Shown: piece after piece, positions 9,545 to 20,496 of the stretch | How the letters are laid out: the number at the start of each line of letters is the position of its first letter | Numbering within the stretch: the first letter of the stretch is position 1 | From: Bacteroidia bacterium | GTDB taxonomy: Bacteria; Bacteroidota; Bacteroidia; AKYH767-A; 2013-40CM-41-45 | Assembly: GCA_046330055.1 (NCBI GenBank) | Contig: JAXLTM010000012.1 | Coordinates: 6,126 to 70,125, forward strand | DNA length: 64,000 bases | Reading direction: 5' to 3' | Position numbers and translations under genes: made by a program | The notes under the pieces: model-generated | What the model saw: the letters and a program-made list of their open reading frames with translations, nothing else | Databases searched by the model: none | What the model was told of the DNA's origin: nothing

Positions 9545-10792
9545 TTACTCCGTTTTGTCAGTGTCTGAATCTGATTTTGAAACTGCATCGAAGTCAAATA
9601 CCAATGTGAATCGTAAAGTATTCTCCAGTGGATTTCGTTGAGTTGTTGGGATCAGATAAGCAAAGTCAAGTCCGAATACATTGTAACGGAGTCCTGCTCC
9701 TAATGTGAAATACTTTCTGTTTCCTTTAGTGGAAGCTTCGTGGAAGTATCCTGCACGAATTGCAAATTGCTTGTCGTACCAGTATTCCGTTCCGATTGAG
9801 TAGGTGAATTCTTTTAACTCTTCCTGAAACCCTGCAGGTGCATCACCCCATGAGGTAAATATGGCCTGTGCCGGAGAAATGTCAGATGGGTCTTTTCCGT
9901 ATTGAATGATCTTGTTGTTGTTTGCATCAAGACTGTCGCGGCCATCAGCTGTTCGCAGATATACGGGAGGAGTAGGAGTGAGAAGTTTATTTACATCTAC
10001 ACCGAACGAAATAGTGTTATAATTATCGAGCTCCATTTTAAGGTTGGTACCTAAACGGAAATTGGTCGGAATGAAATCCTTCGATTGTGTATCTGTGTAG
10101 GAAATCTTCGCACCGATGTTTGAAATATTCAAACCGAAGGCGAGATCTGATTTTTTCTTGTTGACTTCAATTTCTTTATGATAATAACCCGATACGTCAG
10201 CAGAAACCGATGTACCTGCATGGGTATTAATTGTACCGTTTTGAATGGTAACGCCACCGGTAAGATTGGAATAGATGTAACGCAACGCAAGTCCGCCTGA
10301 TAATCCTTCACCGAGTTTACGTGCATAAGCCACATCAAAAGCCCACTCTTTCGGAGTGAAACTGGTAATTTTTACAGCCTGATCATCGGTGAAATCGATA
10401 TTACCAAGCGAGAAGTATCTTAATGAACCTCCGATGGTCTGATCGTTTTTCAATTTTTTGTATCCGGAAACATAGGCAAGACTGATGTCGCTTACCAAAG
10501 CTCGTAACCATGGAGTGTAAGAAATTGAGAATCCTCCGTTCTTTTCAATGAAAGCCAGCTTTGCAGCATTCCAGTGAATTGAATTCGGATCAGGTGAGGT
10601 GGCTACACCGTAATCACCCATTCCACCTCCGCGGGCATCCGGGGCAATCAGTAAGAATGGCACCGAAGTCGTAATGGTGTTAATCTGCCCGAGCAGGGAA
10701 TCTTTGATGGATGAAATCTGTCCGGCTGCATTTCCTGACAGGCCAACAAGCACCAATGATGTAAAAATTAAGTTTTTGAGACTAAATCGCAT
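9545..10792 (-). CDS. porV: type IX secretion outer-membrane beta-barrel protein PorV (LptO)
   Basis: Signal peptide, SVPFLLIAPDARGGGMGDYGVATSPDPNSIHWNAAKLAF and a C-terminal beta-barrel. It lies immediately downstream of porU, as in known porU-porV operons. Confidence 0.85.
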   Translation of the reverse strand: MRFSLKNLIFTSLVLVGLSGNAAGQISSIKDSLLGQINTITTSVPFLLIAPDARGGGMGDYGVATSPDPNSIHWNAAKLAFIEKNGGFSISYTPWLRALVSDISLAYVSGYKKLKNDQTIGGSLRYFSLGNIDFTDDQAVKITSFTPKEWAFDVAYARKLGEGLSGGLALRYIYSNLTGGVTIQNGTINTHAGTSVSADVSGYYHKEIEVNKKKSDLAFGLNISNIGAKISYTDTQSKDFIPTNFRLGTNLKMELDNYNTISFGVDVNKLLTPTPPVYLRTADGRDSLDANNNKIIQYGKDPSDISPAQAIFTSWGDAPAGFQEELKEFTYSIGTEYWYDKQFAIRAGYFHEASTKGNRKYFTLGAGLRYNVFGLDFAYLIPTTQRNPLENTLRFTLVFDFDAVSKSDSDTDKTE

Positions 10793-10851
10793 TTTTTGGG
10801 ATTATGAAGATGTCAAATATACGGGAATATTCAAATTAGGTTCTTCTATAA

Positions 10852-13800
10852 TTAACGAAGAACTACCAGCTTTTCAAATTTATCGGCCGTATCGCCATCT
10901 GTGGTTTTGATTCGTAATTTATAAACGTAAACGCCTTTGCCGATTTTATCACCAAAATCGTCCAATCCGTCCCATTCCAGTCCTTCAAAACGATAGCCGG
11001 ATGGAGTAGTGTGAGTCGAGAGCGTTTTAATGAGCTTTCCCGAAACTGTAAAGATTTGTACCTGGATATCCATGGCAACAAACGGACGATTGTGTTCGAA
11101 CATGAACATCGTATGTGTGGTAAACGGATTCGGATAATTCAGCACGTGATCCAATGCGAGCTTGGCATCTTCACTCACGATAAAATCAGTCGTAGCTTCT
11201 GTTGAATTATTAAATACATCCCACACTTTTAATGAAACGGTATGTGGTCCGGCTTCCAGGTCTTTTAAACGATAGTAAACCTTGCCATTGGTATAGCTGT
11301 TCAGATCGTTCTCATAATAATCATTCAGAATGTAATGACGTTCTGTTTTGTTATCAAGTTCGGCTGTCATGTCGTGACCAATGCCCGTACCTACCGTATT
11401 CACGCCACTTGAATCACTGATCAGTGCATAGATGTATGGATTCTTATCGGTCATTCCTCCGCGAACAAATTTTTCATCGTTCATGTAGAGACGAATTTGC
11501 GGCCCCTGACTGTCTGATCCTGAATTTGCATTCACGCCACCAACTGTGATGGTGGTATCGAAACCGTTTGCATCAACAGAGAAATTTGTTGCATAGTAAC
11601 TGATCTTTCCTGTTCCGTATTGATAAGAAATATCTTTCGGTACATAGAAAGTGAAACTGAAGAGTCCGTTGTGAACACTTGCACGGCCGCTATAAATAAC
11701 ATTCTTCTGAAGTTTAAATGGCTGTGCCATCGACGGATTTGACGGATCATTCGAATCATTGCCAATGGTGTAAATGGTTAATGGCTTGTCGAAGACTGTC
11801 GGATTAACCTGACCGTTGAAATTAGAAAGAATATTACCCGATAAATCCTGCACTTCTCCGGTTACAATTACTTTGCTTAATGCTTTTAATGTATCCGAAG
11901 TACTTCCTGCCGGATCTCCGTTAATGCTAGTCGTTTTTACTACGTATTCAGGATAGGCCAATCGTACTGCAGGATCTCCGATAAGAATGAAATTGCGCAC
12001 GTACATGTCAGATGCCATGTCAACTTTCGTACGTTCGAAAATCTCTCCTGTGGTCAGGTATTCGTTATTTTGTTTTTCAAAAATGTGATTGTAGAAGGCA
12101 AGACAGAGATTGTTGTTTGAACTTGAGAAAGCAAGACGGGAAGTAGTGAACATACATATACTGCCTCCATTCGGATTGAGGAAAACATATTCACCTGCAG
12201 AAGTCCGCGCAGGATCATCCACGCGGTAATCACAGTAGCTGTAAGAAATCCCGCAAGCTTGTCGAAATTACTCCAGCCCAGAAATGTCATTGTTCTCTAA
12301 AAAGCGTTCGTGTCCCCCATCCCAATTCTCCTCCGTGACCAATGTAAGGATTAATAATGTTCCGTTCTGAACGCGGTCAATGATAGCCTGATGACCATCA
12401 GGATAACGCTGGCCTCCCGGAGTGGATACCTGCTGATAGGCATCGAGATAAATCTTGTCTATGTTATATGGGAGATAAGTGCGACGTACTCTTTCCGCAA
12501 GAGTATCTGACTGTCGGAAGTGAACATTGTAATCCTGATCATCAGCAACAAAACTGATCATGTTTCTCCAGCTGCCTAAAACAAGCAGGAGCAGTTACGT
12601 AATGCTGAATTTTATTAAGTGCTGCATTAGCTTCATCGCCTGATTTCACCGGTAATCTTCCGATGGCAAGATCAACGGTTTCGCCATTGTACCAGTTGCC
12701 TTCATTATCGTCAAGCAGGCCAAAAAAATCATCGGAAATGTAGGTCTGTGTATTGTTGGTTGATCCCGGCGATTGGTAGGAAGTCACAGTTGGTATTACC
12801 CGGAATGCGGTATTTATTATCATAGGATGCATCTCCGAAAAGGAGGAGGAAGCGTGGCATGTCTGACGATGCTGCACGGTCGTAAAACATTTTTAAAGTC
12901 GCGGATATCCTTCTGAGAACCGCTGGAGTATTCATTGAAAATCTGATGTGTCGTTACAACATTCACCGTAAGGTTATCGTGTGTCCTGTGAAAATGCCAG
13001 CGCATTGGCCTGAGTCCAAAAATACGGGCTGGTTACAATCAACATATTGGCCTGCGGAAGTGTATACAGATTCTGATTGCTGATTCTTCCGGCTGCAATC
13101 GGATTTAAATATTGTGTTCCGTCGAAGGCCGGTATTCGTGAATTACATCGGAAGCATGACCGAATTGCGCAGCACTTCCGTTAATCGAAAATTGCTGATC
13201 GGCAACATTCACGGGATCGGTAACGTCCCAGATCTTGTCACTTGAAGAGATTCCGGAGATGTTAAACAAGGCAACATTACCTGCACCAACCGAACGTTGA
13301 TCGCGGAATAACATCTGGCTTCCGGAACCATTAAAGTCCAGATTACGACGGTAGTTTAACTCAACGTAATTTACCCAACCCTGACCGGCAGGATCGGTAG
13401 AGTTGAAATAAAAAGTAGTTGTTGTTGTACTGCTGACACTGGTCGTGCTGTAATTGATAGCAACCATATTGCAAATCGGATCCTGTGGCGCAGTACCTAC
13501 GTACTGGAACGACTGACTCTGCAATGAACTTCCGTTTAACGAAAGACTGAAACTATGACTTCCGCTTACCGTGGCTCGTCCGGCTAATGATGAGCGGATA
13601 AACATGGTGTCGGAACCAATTATATTTGGTGTTGTAAAATTAAAGGAGATGGAATTATTCAGATTATCTATCTGCTCACCCAGCCATTCTCTCTTCCCGA
13701 CATCAGCAAATTATATAAATCAGTTTATGATATGCGTAGTCATCAAAACTGTTCACGTTAATGTTGGTATTCGGATCTGATGCCTGCGATTGTATTCTCT

Positions 13801-14669
13801 TTCCGTTTTGTTGTCCATAAGTCAGAAAGAAATAGGTGGTGTCGGAATAATAATTTATCTGGTGTGTAAACTGACGGTTCAGACTGTCGTACTTCCATCG
13901 CGTTTGTGCTGTTCCGTAAAAGAGGATGTAATCGGTCGAATCAAATTTGAATCAGCTTCTCCTGAAACGAGAATTGCATTTTCATTGAGGTCATCAGCGC
14001 GGGGAGAAGAATTCAGAAAAGGAAGCATTCCTCCGCCATTGCCATAGAGTTGAATGGTATGCGGGTCAATGCTGTCGATTGGTACACCAAGATTTTTAAG
14101 AAATGAGTAGGTGATTTTATAAACACCATTTTGTGTTACGGCAATTCACCAATCTCTCCTGATGCAAGAACACTTGACGGTTTGTAATATCTGGCCTGTA
14201 TGCGGTTTGCCTGATTACTTCCGGTGCTCATGTTTACGGTGAAACTAACGAGCTTCTCAAAATTACCATTGCCGGTTGAACGAACAGGAAGAATACTGAT
14301 CCAGGAATAGGTTGCTTCTTTTTATAAATAACCTTCGATTGTACCCGGAAATTGTTCTCTACATTTTGCGGAAAGAGAATAAGATCTTTTTTCCTGAAGG
14401 GGAAGTACTGATGTGGGCTGAATGCTTACGGAAATGGAGTTCACTCCGGCAGGCAATGGCTCACTGATGACATATTCAGGAAGATACTCTTCATTGAAGG
14501 ATGCTTTTGAAAAATTGAGAGACCGAAAAACAGAACCGTATTCAAGTGTTTTTTCAAATGGACTCAACCAGTTTATTGTATAACTATTCTTCAGCGGTGC
14601 TCCCGAAAAAGCGAGAAAGGGGAGGAATAAAAGAACTATCTGAAGACTCCAATTAAGTCTGTTGCGCAT
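10852..14669 (-). pseudogene. porU: type IX secretion C-terminal signal peptidase PorU, reading frame disrupted many times in its 5' two-thirds
   Basis: The pieces 14669-14322, 13605-13105, 13005-12820, 12935-12729, 12877-12542, 12561-12268 and 12222-10852 join into one protein of about 1270 aa. It has a signal peptide, IAVTQNGVYKITYSFLKNLGVPIDSIDPHTIQLYGNGGGMLPF, MPRFLLLFGDASYDNKYR, AIGRLPVKSGDEANAALNKI and a terminal CTD (GVYVYKLRIKTTDGDTADKFEKLVVLR). There is an in-frame TAA at 14322-14324 and at least 8 frame changes. Confidence 0.75.
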
Positions 14670-15074
14670 GTAAGGTCAGGTATTATTTGAATTGGTTAGT
14701 GGTCACGAGCAAACGCAGCGGTACCGGAGAATATTTTATTGAGATCAACAAAAATAGCGATATTCCATCAAAAGAAGTTCGCATTTGTGTCAGATTCGCC
14801 TCTGCACATCAAACAAAAATTATCCTCTGAAAGTTATATCTCTGATTTAACATTCTTTGCCTTAATTTTTAATTTGATTTTGATCAAATTTTTAAAAATG
14901 ATTTGCATTAAAGTGAAATTAGTTATCTTGCTGCTGCATTTTTATAACAAAAAGTGCATTCCTTATAATTTGTACTCAATTCTTACAATTCGTAAAATTA
15001 AGAGCTATCGCCTTAACTTCCCGACCGTAACTCTATATATTGTAAATCGTAGTACAAGGTCTAAAAATGTCTCA

Positions 15075-16031
15075 ATGCTGAGGAAGCTACTGGTTGTCGT
15101 TTTACTCTTTTTGTCGGGTTCGGCCTTTGCGCAGGATCCTGAGTTCACGCAGTTTTATGCAAACCCATTGTATTTGAATCCTGCTTTTGCCGGATCGCAA
15201 CGCTGTCCTCGTATCTGCCTTAATTACCGGAATCAATGGCCTGCACTGACGGGAACATTCGTTACGTATACTGCTTCATACGACCAGCATGTTGAAGCTT
15301 TGGGCGGAGGATTGGGTCTGTTAGTTCTAAACGACAAAGCCGGTGAAGCAACGCTGACCACTACCAACATCAGCGGTATTTACAGCTATCAGTTAAATAT
15401 TACCCGCGAGTTCAGTCTGAAGTTTGGAATGCAGGGGACATACGTTCAGAAAAAGGTCGACTGGGCCAAGCTTAATTTCGGCGATATGATCGATCCGAGA
15501 TTCGGCTTTATCTACGAAACTCAGGAAATTCAGCCAAACACAAATAAAAACTTCTGGGATTTCTCGGCAGGTATCCTTGGTTACAGTAATCGCTATTACG
15601 GCGGTGTAGCTGTCAATCACCTCACCGAACCTCAGGAATTCTATATTAAACAAGCAGATGGCAGCCGACTGCCAATGAAAATTACGGCGCATGTCGGTGC
15701 ACTTATTCCGATTGCAGGAAACAGAGACGGAACAACGTATATCTCTCCCAATTTCATCTACCAGATTCAACGGGATTTCAAACAGTATAATATCGGATTC
15801 TATATTGCTAAAGCACCGCTGGTCGGTGGTTTGTGGTATAGAGGAGGGGATGCCTTCATCGCCTTAATCGGCCTTCAACAGGGAATTTTCAAATTCGGAT
15901 ACAGCTACGACGTAACGGTTTCCAAACTCTATAATGCCTCGGCCGGCTCACATGAACTGTCAATCGGTCTGCAGATGGGCTGCCACCCTAAAAAGAAGCG
16001 GTTCAGAACCATCAAATGCCCTTCCTTCTGA
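15075..16031 (+). CDS. PorP/SprF-family type IX secretion membrane protein
   Basis: MLRKLLVVVLLFLSGSAFAQDPEFTQFYANPLYLNPAFAG is the hallmark PorP/SprF N-terminus. I moved the start from the track's 14739 to the ATG at 15075; the upstream extension is AT-rich, low-complexity sequence. Confidence 0.85.
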   Translation: MLRKLLVVVLLFLSGSAFAQDPEFTQFYANPLYLNPAFAGSQRCPRICLNYRNQWPALTGTFVTYTASYDQHVEALGGGLGLLVLNDKAGEATLTTTNISGIYSYQLNITREFSLKFGMQGTYVQKKVDWAKLNFGDMIDPRFGFIYETQEIQPNTNKNFWDFSAGILGYSNRYYGGVAVNHLTEPQEFYIKQADGSRLPMKITAHVGALIPIAGNRDGTTYISPNFIYQIQRDFKQYNIGFYIAKAPLVGGLWYRGGDAFIALIGLQQGIFKFGYSYDVTVSKLYNASAGSHELSIGLQMGCHPKKKRFRTIKCPSF

Positions 16032-16098
16032 AAAATTAAAATAAAATAAATACATTTGGCCGGCGTTTTTGGCTATACATTAATAACACCTCCTATCA

Positions 16099-17553
16099 AT
16101 GAAAATGATCTCTCGGAATTATTTCAGCCTCATCGTTTTAACGCTCTTTTTGGCGTCCTGCGGTAAGGAGAAATCAAGTGTTACGGGATGGAACTACAAT
16201 GACCCTAAAAACGGGGGATTTGAAGTGGTTCCTTACGACGAACAGGAAACAGGCCCGGGCCTGGTTTTAGTGGAAGGTGGTACCTTCTCCATGGGTCGTA
16301 CCGAACAGGATATCACACTCGACTGGAACAACATCCCTCGTCGTGTAACCGTTTCTTCATTTTATATTGATGAAACTGAAGTGGCCAACGTGCATTACCT
16401 GGAATACCTTTACTGGGTTTCCCGCGTTTTCAGCGCCGATTATCCGGAAGTTTATAAAAAGGCATTGCCTGATACACTGGTATGGCGTGACAAACTCGCT
16501 TACCTGGAACCACTGGTTGAACTTTACCTTCGTCACCCTGCTTATCAGCAATATCCTGTTGTAGGTGTGAACTGGTTACAGGCATCCGACTTCTGCGCAT
16601 GGCGTACCGATCGCGTGAATGAACAAATCCTCATCCGTGAAGGTATCCTCCGCGTAAACCCGAATCAGATTAACGAAGATAACTTTAACACCGACTCTTA
16701 CCTCGCCGGACTTTATGAAGGCCTTGTAAAAAATGATATCCCTGACCTTAATCCAAGCTCGGGAACAAATGGTACACGTAAAGTAAGAATGGAAGACGGT
16801 ATCTTATTGCCTCGCTACCGACTCCCGACCGAAGCAGAGTGGGAATATGCCGCTCTCTCTCAAATTGGAAATACTATATATGAGCGTGTAACCGATCGTC
16901 GTCAATATCCTTGGAACGGACATATCGTTCGTAACAAAGACGAAAAATACAAAGGTCAGATGATGGCCAACTACAAGCGTGGTCGTGGTGATAACATGGG
17001 TACTGCAGGCTTCCTGAATGATAATGCCGATATCCCTGCACCGGTTCACTCATACTGGCCAAATGATTATGGTCTGTATTGCATGGCAGGTAACGTTAAT
17101 GAATGGGTAATGGATGTGTATCGTCCTCTCTCTCCTGAAGATAAATCAGACTTCAATCCTTTCCGCGGTAACGTATTCCAGACTCAGGTGCGTAACGAAG
17201 AAGGCACCATTGAAGAAAAAGATTCTCTTGGTCGTGTACCATTCCGTGATGTTACCCCGGAAGAAAGTGCAGAACGTCGTAACTACAATAAAGCAGACAA
17301 CATCAACTTCCTCGATGCTGATGAAGCTGAATACATCAAATATGATTACGGTGTTACTTCACTCATCAACGACAAAGCCCGCGTGTATAAAGGCGGATCA
17401 TGGAAAGATCGTGCATACTGGATGAGTCCCGGAGCACGCCGTTTCCTTGATGAGAAACAAAGTACAAATGATCTTGGTTTCCGATGCGCAATGACCCGTG
17501 TGGGAAGTCCGCTCGGTCTCGGCTCTAAGCCTAAAACCAAAATGAAACGATAA
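16099..17553 (+). CDS. gldJ: gliding motility / T9SS lipoprotein GldJ (FGE-sulfatase fold)
   Basis: Lipobox LASCG, then TGWNYNDPKNGGFE...QETGPGLVLVEGGTF...FYIDETEVANVHYLEYLYWV...LRHPAYQQYPVVGVNW, which resembles GldJ more closely than GldK/PorK. Confidence 0.8.
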   Translation: MKMISRNYFSLIVLTLFLASCGKEKSSVTGWNYNDPKNGGFEVVPYDEQETGPGLVLVEGGTFSMGRTEQDITLDWNNIPRRVTVSSFYIDETEVANVHYLEYLYWVSRVFSADYPEVYKKALPDTLVWRDKLAYLEPLVELYLRHPAYQQYPVVGVNWLQASDFCAWRTDRVNEQILIREGILRVNPNQINEDNFNTDSYLAGLYEGLVKNDIPDLNPSSGTNGTRKVRMEDGILLPRYRLPTEAEWEYAALSQIGNTIYERVTDRRQYPWNGHIVRNKDEKYKGQMMANYKRGRGDNMGTAGFLNDNADIPAPVHSYWPNDYGLYCMAGNVNEWVMDVYRPLSPEDKSDFNPFRGNVFQTQVRNEEGTIEEKDSLGRVPFRDVTPEESAERRNYNKADNINFLDADEAEYIKYDYGVTSLINDKARVYKGGSWKDRAYWMSPGARRFLDEKQSTNDLGFRCAMTRVGSPLGLGSKPKTKMKR

Positions 17554-17567
17554 ACTCATTTTTTTTT

Positions 17568-17592
17568 CCCCGCCGCGGCGGGGTTTTTTTTT
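17568..17592 (+). terminator. rho-independent terminator after gldJ
   Basis: Perfect 16-nt palindrome ccccgccgcggcgggg (17568-17583), followed by T9. Confidence 0.85.
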
Positions 17593-17745
17593 GCCTTTTT
17601 CCCGGTGACTTTTCAAAGGCTCAGGTATTTTCTTACTTTTAGATGCGGGTTTAATCTGTCCGGTTATAAATCTTATTTAATTCAAGATTGTATCTGTGTC
17701 GTTTCAGTCTGCCTGATTCACCTTCTTTAACTACCAATCCCACCC

Positions 17746-18510
17746 ATGAAAAAACTACCATTACTTGCTCTGCTTTTTGCAATTTCTATTTCTCTCACCG
17801 GCTGCTTTGATATTGTGGAGGAGTTTACATTCAATGAAGATGGTTCGGGGAGTTATGTCATGAAAACAGATATGCATCGTTTGTTTGAAATGTTTGCATC
17901 GTTTAAAAGTGATTCAACGGAAACTAAAACGGATAAAAAAAATGTTGATTCAACGGCTTCCCTTTCTCCGTATGTTGACACTGCGACTGCTCTAAATGCT
18001 GAAGAAAAGAAGTTCTTCAGGAATGCTTCTTTGCATGTCGCTGCGAATGAAGATGAGAAGAAGTTGTTCTTTGAATTTGTTATTCCTTTTAAAACTCAAG
18101 ATGAATTCATAAAATTTTATAATTCAACGCCGAAGGCATTTGAAAATTTCAGCTCCAAAGAAGGCAATGACAGCACTGCTGACCCTGTTATGAAAGGAAT
18201 TACGCCGAAAGGATCATTTACTTCTAATTCTAAGTTTTATGATATGAAGTCCTCAGATGGGCTCTTCGAGCGAAAAGTTCGTAAGAAAGAAATGAAATCT
18301 TATTTTGAAAGTGATTCAACCATGAAAGCACTCCTTCCATTCATCGGAAACTCCTACTCAACTACAATTATCCATCTTCCCAAAGCAGCAAAGTCCGTTT
18401 CCAATCCATACGCTACACTTTCTGATGATAAGAAAACAGTTACGTTGAAACTTCCAATCAGTGATTACACTGAACGACCGGAAGCACTGAATTTAAAGAT
18501 AGAATATTGA
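17746..18510 (+). CDS. hypothetical lipoprotein
   Basis: Lipobox SLTGC; 254 aa; no family recognised. Confidence 0.5.
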   Translation: MKKLPLLALLFAISISLTGCFDIVEEFTFNEDGSGSYVMKTDMHRLFEMFASFKSDSTETKTDKKNVDSTASLSPYVDTATALNAEEKKFFRNASLHVAANEDEKKLFFEFVIPFKTQDEFIKFYNSTPKAFENFSSKEGNDSTADPVMKGITPKGSFTSNSKFYDMKSSDGLFERKVRKKEMKSYFESDSTMKALLPFIGNSYSTTIIHLPKAAKSVSNPYATLSDDKKTVTLKLPISDYTERPEALNLKIEY

Positions 18511-18536
18511 AAATTGAAGATAGAATATTGAATATT
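18502..18536. repeat. (GAAnATT)5 heptamer array overlapping the stop codon of the preceding gene
   Basis: gaatatt gaaaatt gaagata gaatatt gaatatt. The last 16-17 nt of the gene are duplicated in tandem. Confidence 0.8.
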
Positions 18537-18764
18537 GGCTGGAGGGGGTGGTGATCAGGATCTTCTGTAAAATTTAAAATGGGCGCTATAAACTACCACT
18601 TCCATCCGGAAGTACAGATGATTGGCAAAGATGCCGGGTTGTTTATTTGAATTGCGTTGGCCTTAGAATTGACGAAAAGAATTAGATTGCATTTGGTTAT
18701 GTTTTGAAAATTTCTGTCCTGATGTAAATGAAAATTCCACATGGCAAAAAGTTAACTCAATAAA

Positions 18765-20314
18765 ATGAAAATATTTCTTTACTCTTTCTTGATTTATTTT
18801 CTGTTGTCTCTTGCTAGGATTTACGCCCAAAATCTCTCGGTGTCCAACATCAGCACCTTTGGTTCCTCAAGCAACGATTACGGAAACTGTGTCCTCTCAC
18901 GACTGAATGGAGACTATCTTTCCTTGGCCACGATCATCATCGGTGCCGTTAATTCACTGTTAATTACCACGGAAGTGACGATATTTGGCTGTATAGCCAT
19001 GATCCCAATGGAATTCCAATAAATACTTGCTACGGCGGGATGTTTGATGAAGAAGCCACTCAGGTCATTCACACAGATGATGGCGGTTATGCAATCTTAG
19101 GTACTGCCTCAGTCGATGATGGACAAGTCCAAGGGACTCACAATTTTCGTCAAGATTTTTGGATTGTAAAAACAAATGTATCAGGCATAGTCCAATGGAC
19201 AAAATGCATTGGCGGCAATGATTTTGAATATCCTTCAAAAATTATTCAAACGCATGATCATGGTTTTGTTGTTGTGGGTTCAACTGATTCTCATGACGGG
19301 GATGTTACAGTGGCATATGGAAATGATGATGTTTTGGTAGCGAAATTAGATAGCACAGGTAATTTACTTTGGACGAAGACTCTTGGAGGTCAGGGATATG
19401 ATTATGGAGAAACTGTCTTGGAGAATGCTGACCACTCACTTCTTGTTGGTGCGAGCGTAAATACCCTTCAAACGCCTTTTTATCCTTGTTCATTAGGAGG
19501 AAGTGACGTCGTGCTGTATAAATTAGACTCCATCGGTAATCTGATTTCAACTAGATGTTACGGCGGCTCAGGTGATGATGGGATTGGGAATTTGATTGCG
19601 CTTGACAATGGAAGATATTGTTTTGCCGGTGGAACAAATTCACTCGACGGTGATGTCTCTCACCCCCCTGCAAACCATGATGAGAGTGTTTGGTTGGTAG
19701 TACTTGACTCATCCGGAAATATTCTTTGGGATAACTGTTATACCACCCAATATGCCTGTGGAGCATTCGATGTTAGACAAACCTCTGATCACGGGTTTAT
19801 CTTGGCCGGTGAAGCCCAGGTGAGTTGCTATTTTTATGAAGATGCCATCCTCCTGAAAGTAGATAGTTTAGGTAACGAACAATCGCGATTGTGTTTAGGT
19901 GGATATGATTATGATCGTTTCTATTCTATAACACCATTATCAGATAGTACATTTGTTGCGATTGGTTTTACAGAGTCAGTAGATGGTGACATAACTCTTA
20001 ATTACGGGCTAAGCGATATTTTCACGGTAGAGTTTACTTTCCCCTACCTGTCAAACAGTGTCCAAGACATGCAGCCGAACAGTCTAAGCATTTCAAAGAC
20101 TCCCTCAGGAATAAAATTGTTTTTCCGTGAGAGCACTCTCAATAAAGTAAGCGGAGATATCTATGACGTTTCCGGCCGCAAATTATCGCATTTCAATATC
20201 AGTGATTCTCCGGATGAAGTATCGTATTCAATTCCGTTTACTGCTTCTCCCGGCGTCTATGTAGTGAGCCTGAAAACACAAAATGGTGAAATGCATAAAG
20301 GATTCGTATGGTAA
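18765..20314 (+). pseudogene. repeat-rich (beta-propeller-like) secreted protein with a T9SS C-terminal sorting domain; one frameshift near 18950
   Basis: ORF 18765-19022 supplies the signal peptide and first repeat. The frame of ORF 19040-20314 is open back to 18953 and reads FTVNYHGSDDIWLYSHDPNGIPINTCYGG, matching later repeats (DGDVTVAYGNDDVLVAKLDSTGNLLWTKTLGG). The C-terminus PGVYVVSLKTQNGEMHKGFVW resembles a Por secretion tail. Confidence 0.6.
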
Positions 20315-20371
20315 CCCTTCTGCGCAAGTCACGATTTTTTATCAGCGAAATTCCGCGGAAACCGGTTTATT

Positions 20372-20496
20372 GAATATTGAATATTGAATATTGAATATTA
20401 AAAGGTAAGATTATATACTGAAATCTTTTATCCCTCTTCAAATTTTCAATTTTCAATTTTCAATATTCAATATTCAATATTCAATTCTTCAATTTC
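20372..20496. repeat. inverted heptamer arrays, (GAATATT)4 facing (AATWTTC)~8, forming a long AT-rich hairpin between convergent genes
   Basis: Left arm 20372-20399 and right arm 20441-20496, with a loop of about 40 nt. The right arm overlaps the permease stop codon at 20495-20497. Confidence 0.8.

Noticed and set aside
14739-15074. A 112-codon N-terminal extension of the PorP/SprF ORF in the track.
   Set aside because: The extension is AT-rich, low-complexity sequence (ILIKFLKMICIKVKLVILLLHFYNKK). The canonical signal peptide and the PorP/SprF N-terminal motif begin at the ATG at 15075. The region is more likely the divergent porU/porP promoter.
16099-17553. The FGE-sulfatase-fold lipoprotein considered as GldK/PorK rather than GldJ.
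   Set aside because: The N-terminal TGWNYNDPKNGGFE...QETGPGLV and LRHPAYQQYPVVGVNW segments match my recollection of GldJ and not GldK. There are no adjacent gldL/M/N genes. This is kept as GldJ with moderate-to-high confidence.
17561-17592. A possible bidirectional terminator after gldJ, given T-runs on both sides of the GC palindrome.
   Set aside because: On the minus strand the hairpin would be followed by A-runs and not U-runs, and the next gene is on the plus strand. It is therefore a unidirectional terminator only.
20372-20496. Tandem short repeats considered as a CRISPR array.
   Set aside because: The units are 7 nt with no spacers, the two halves are inverted copies of each other, and no cas genes are present.
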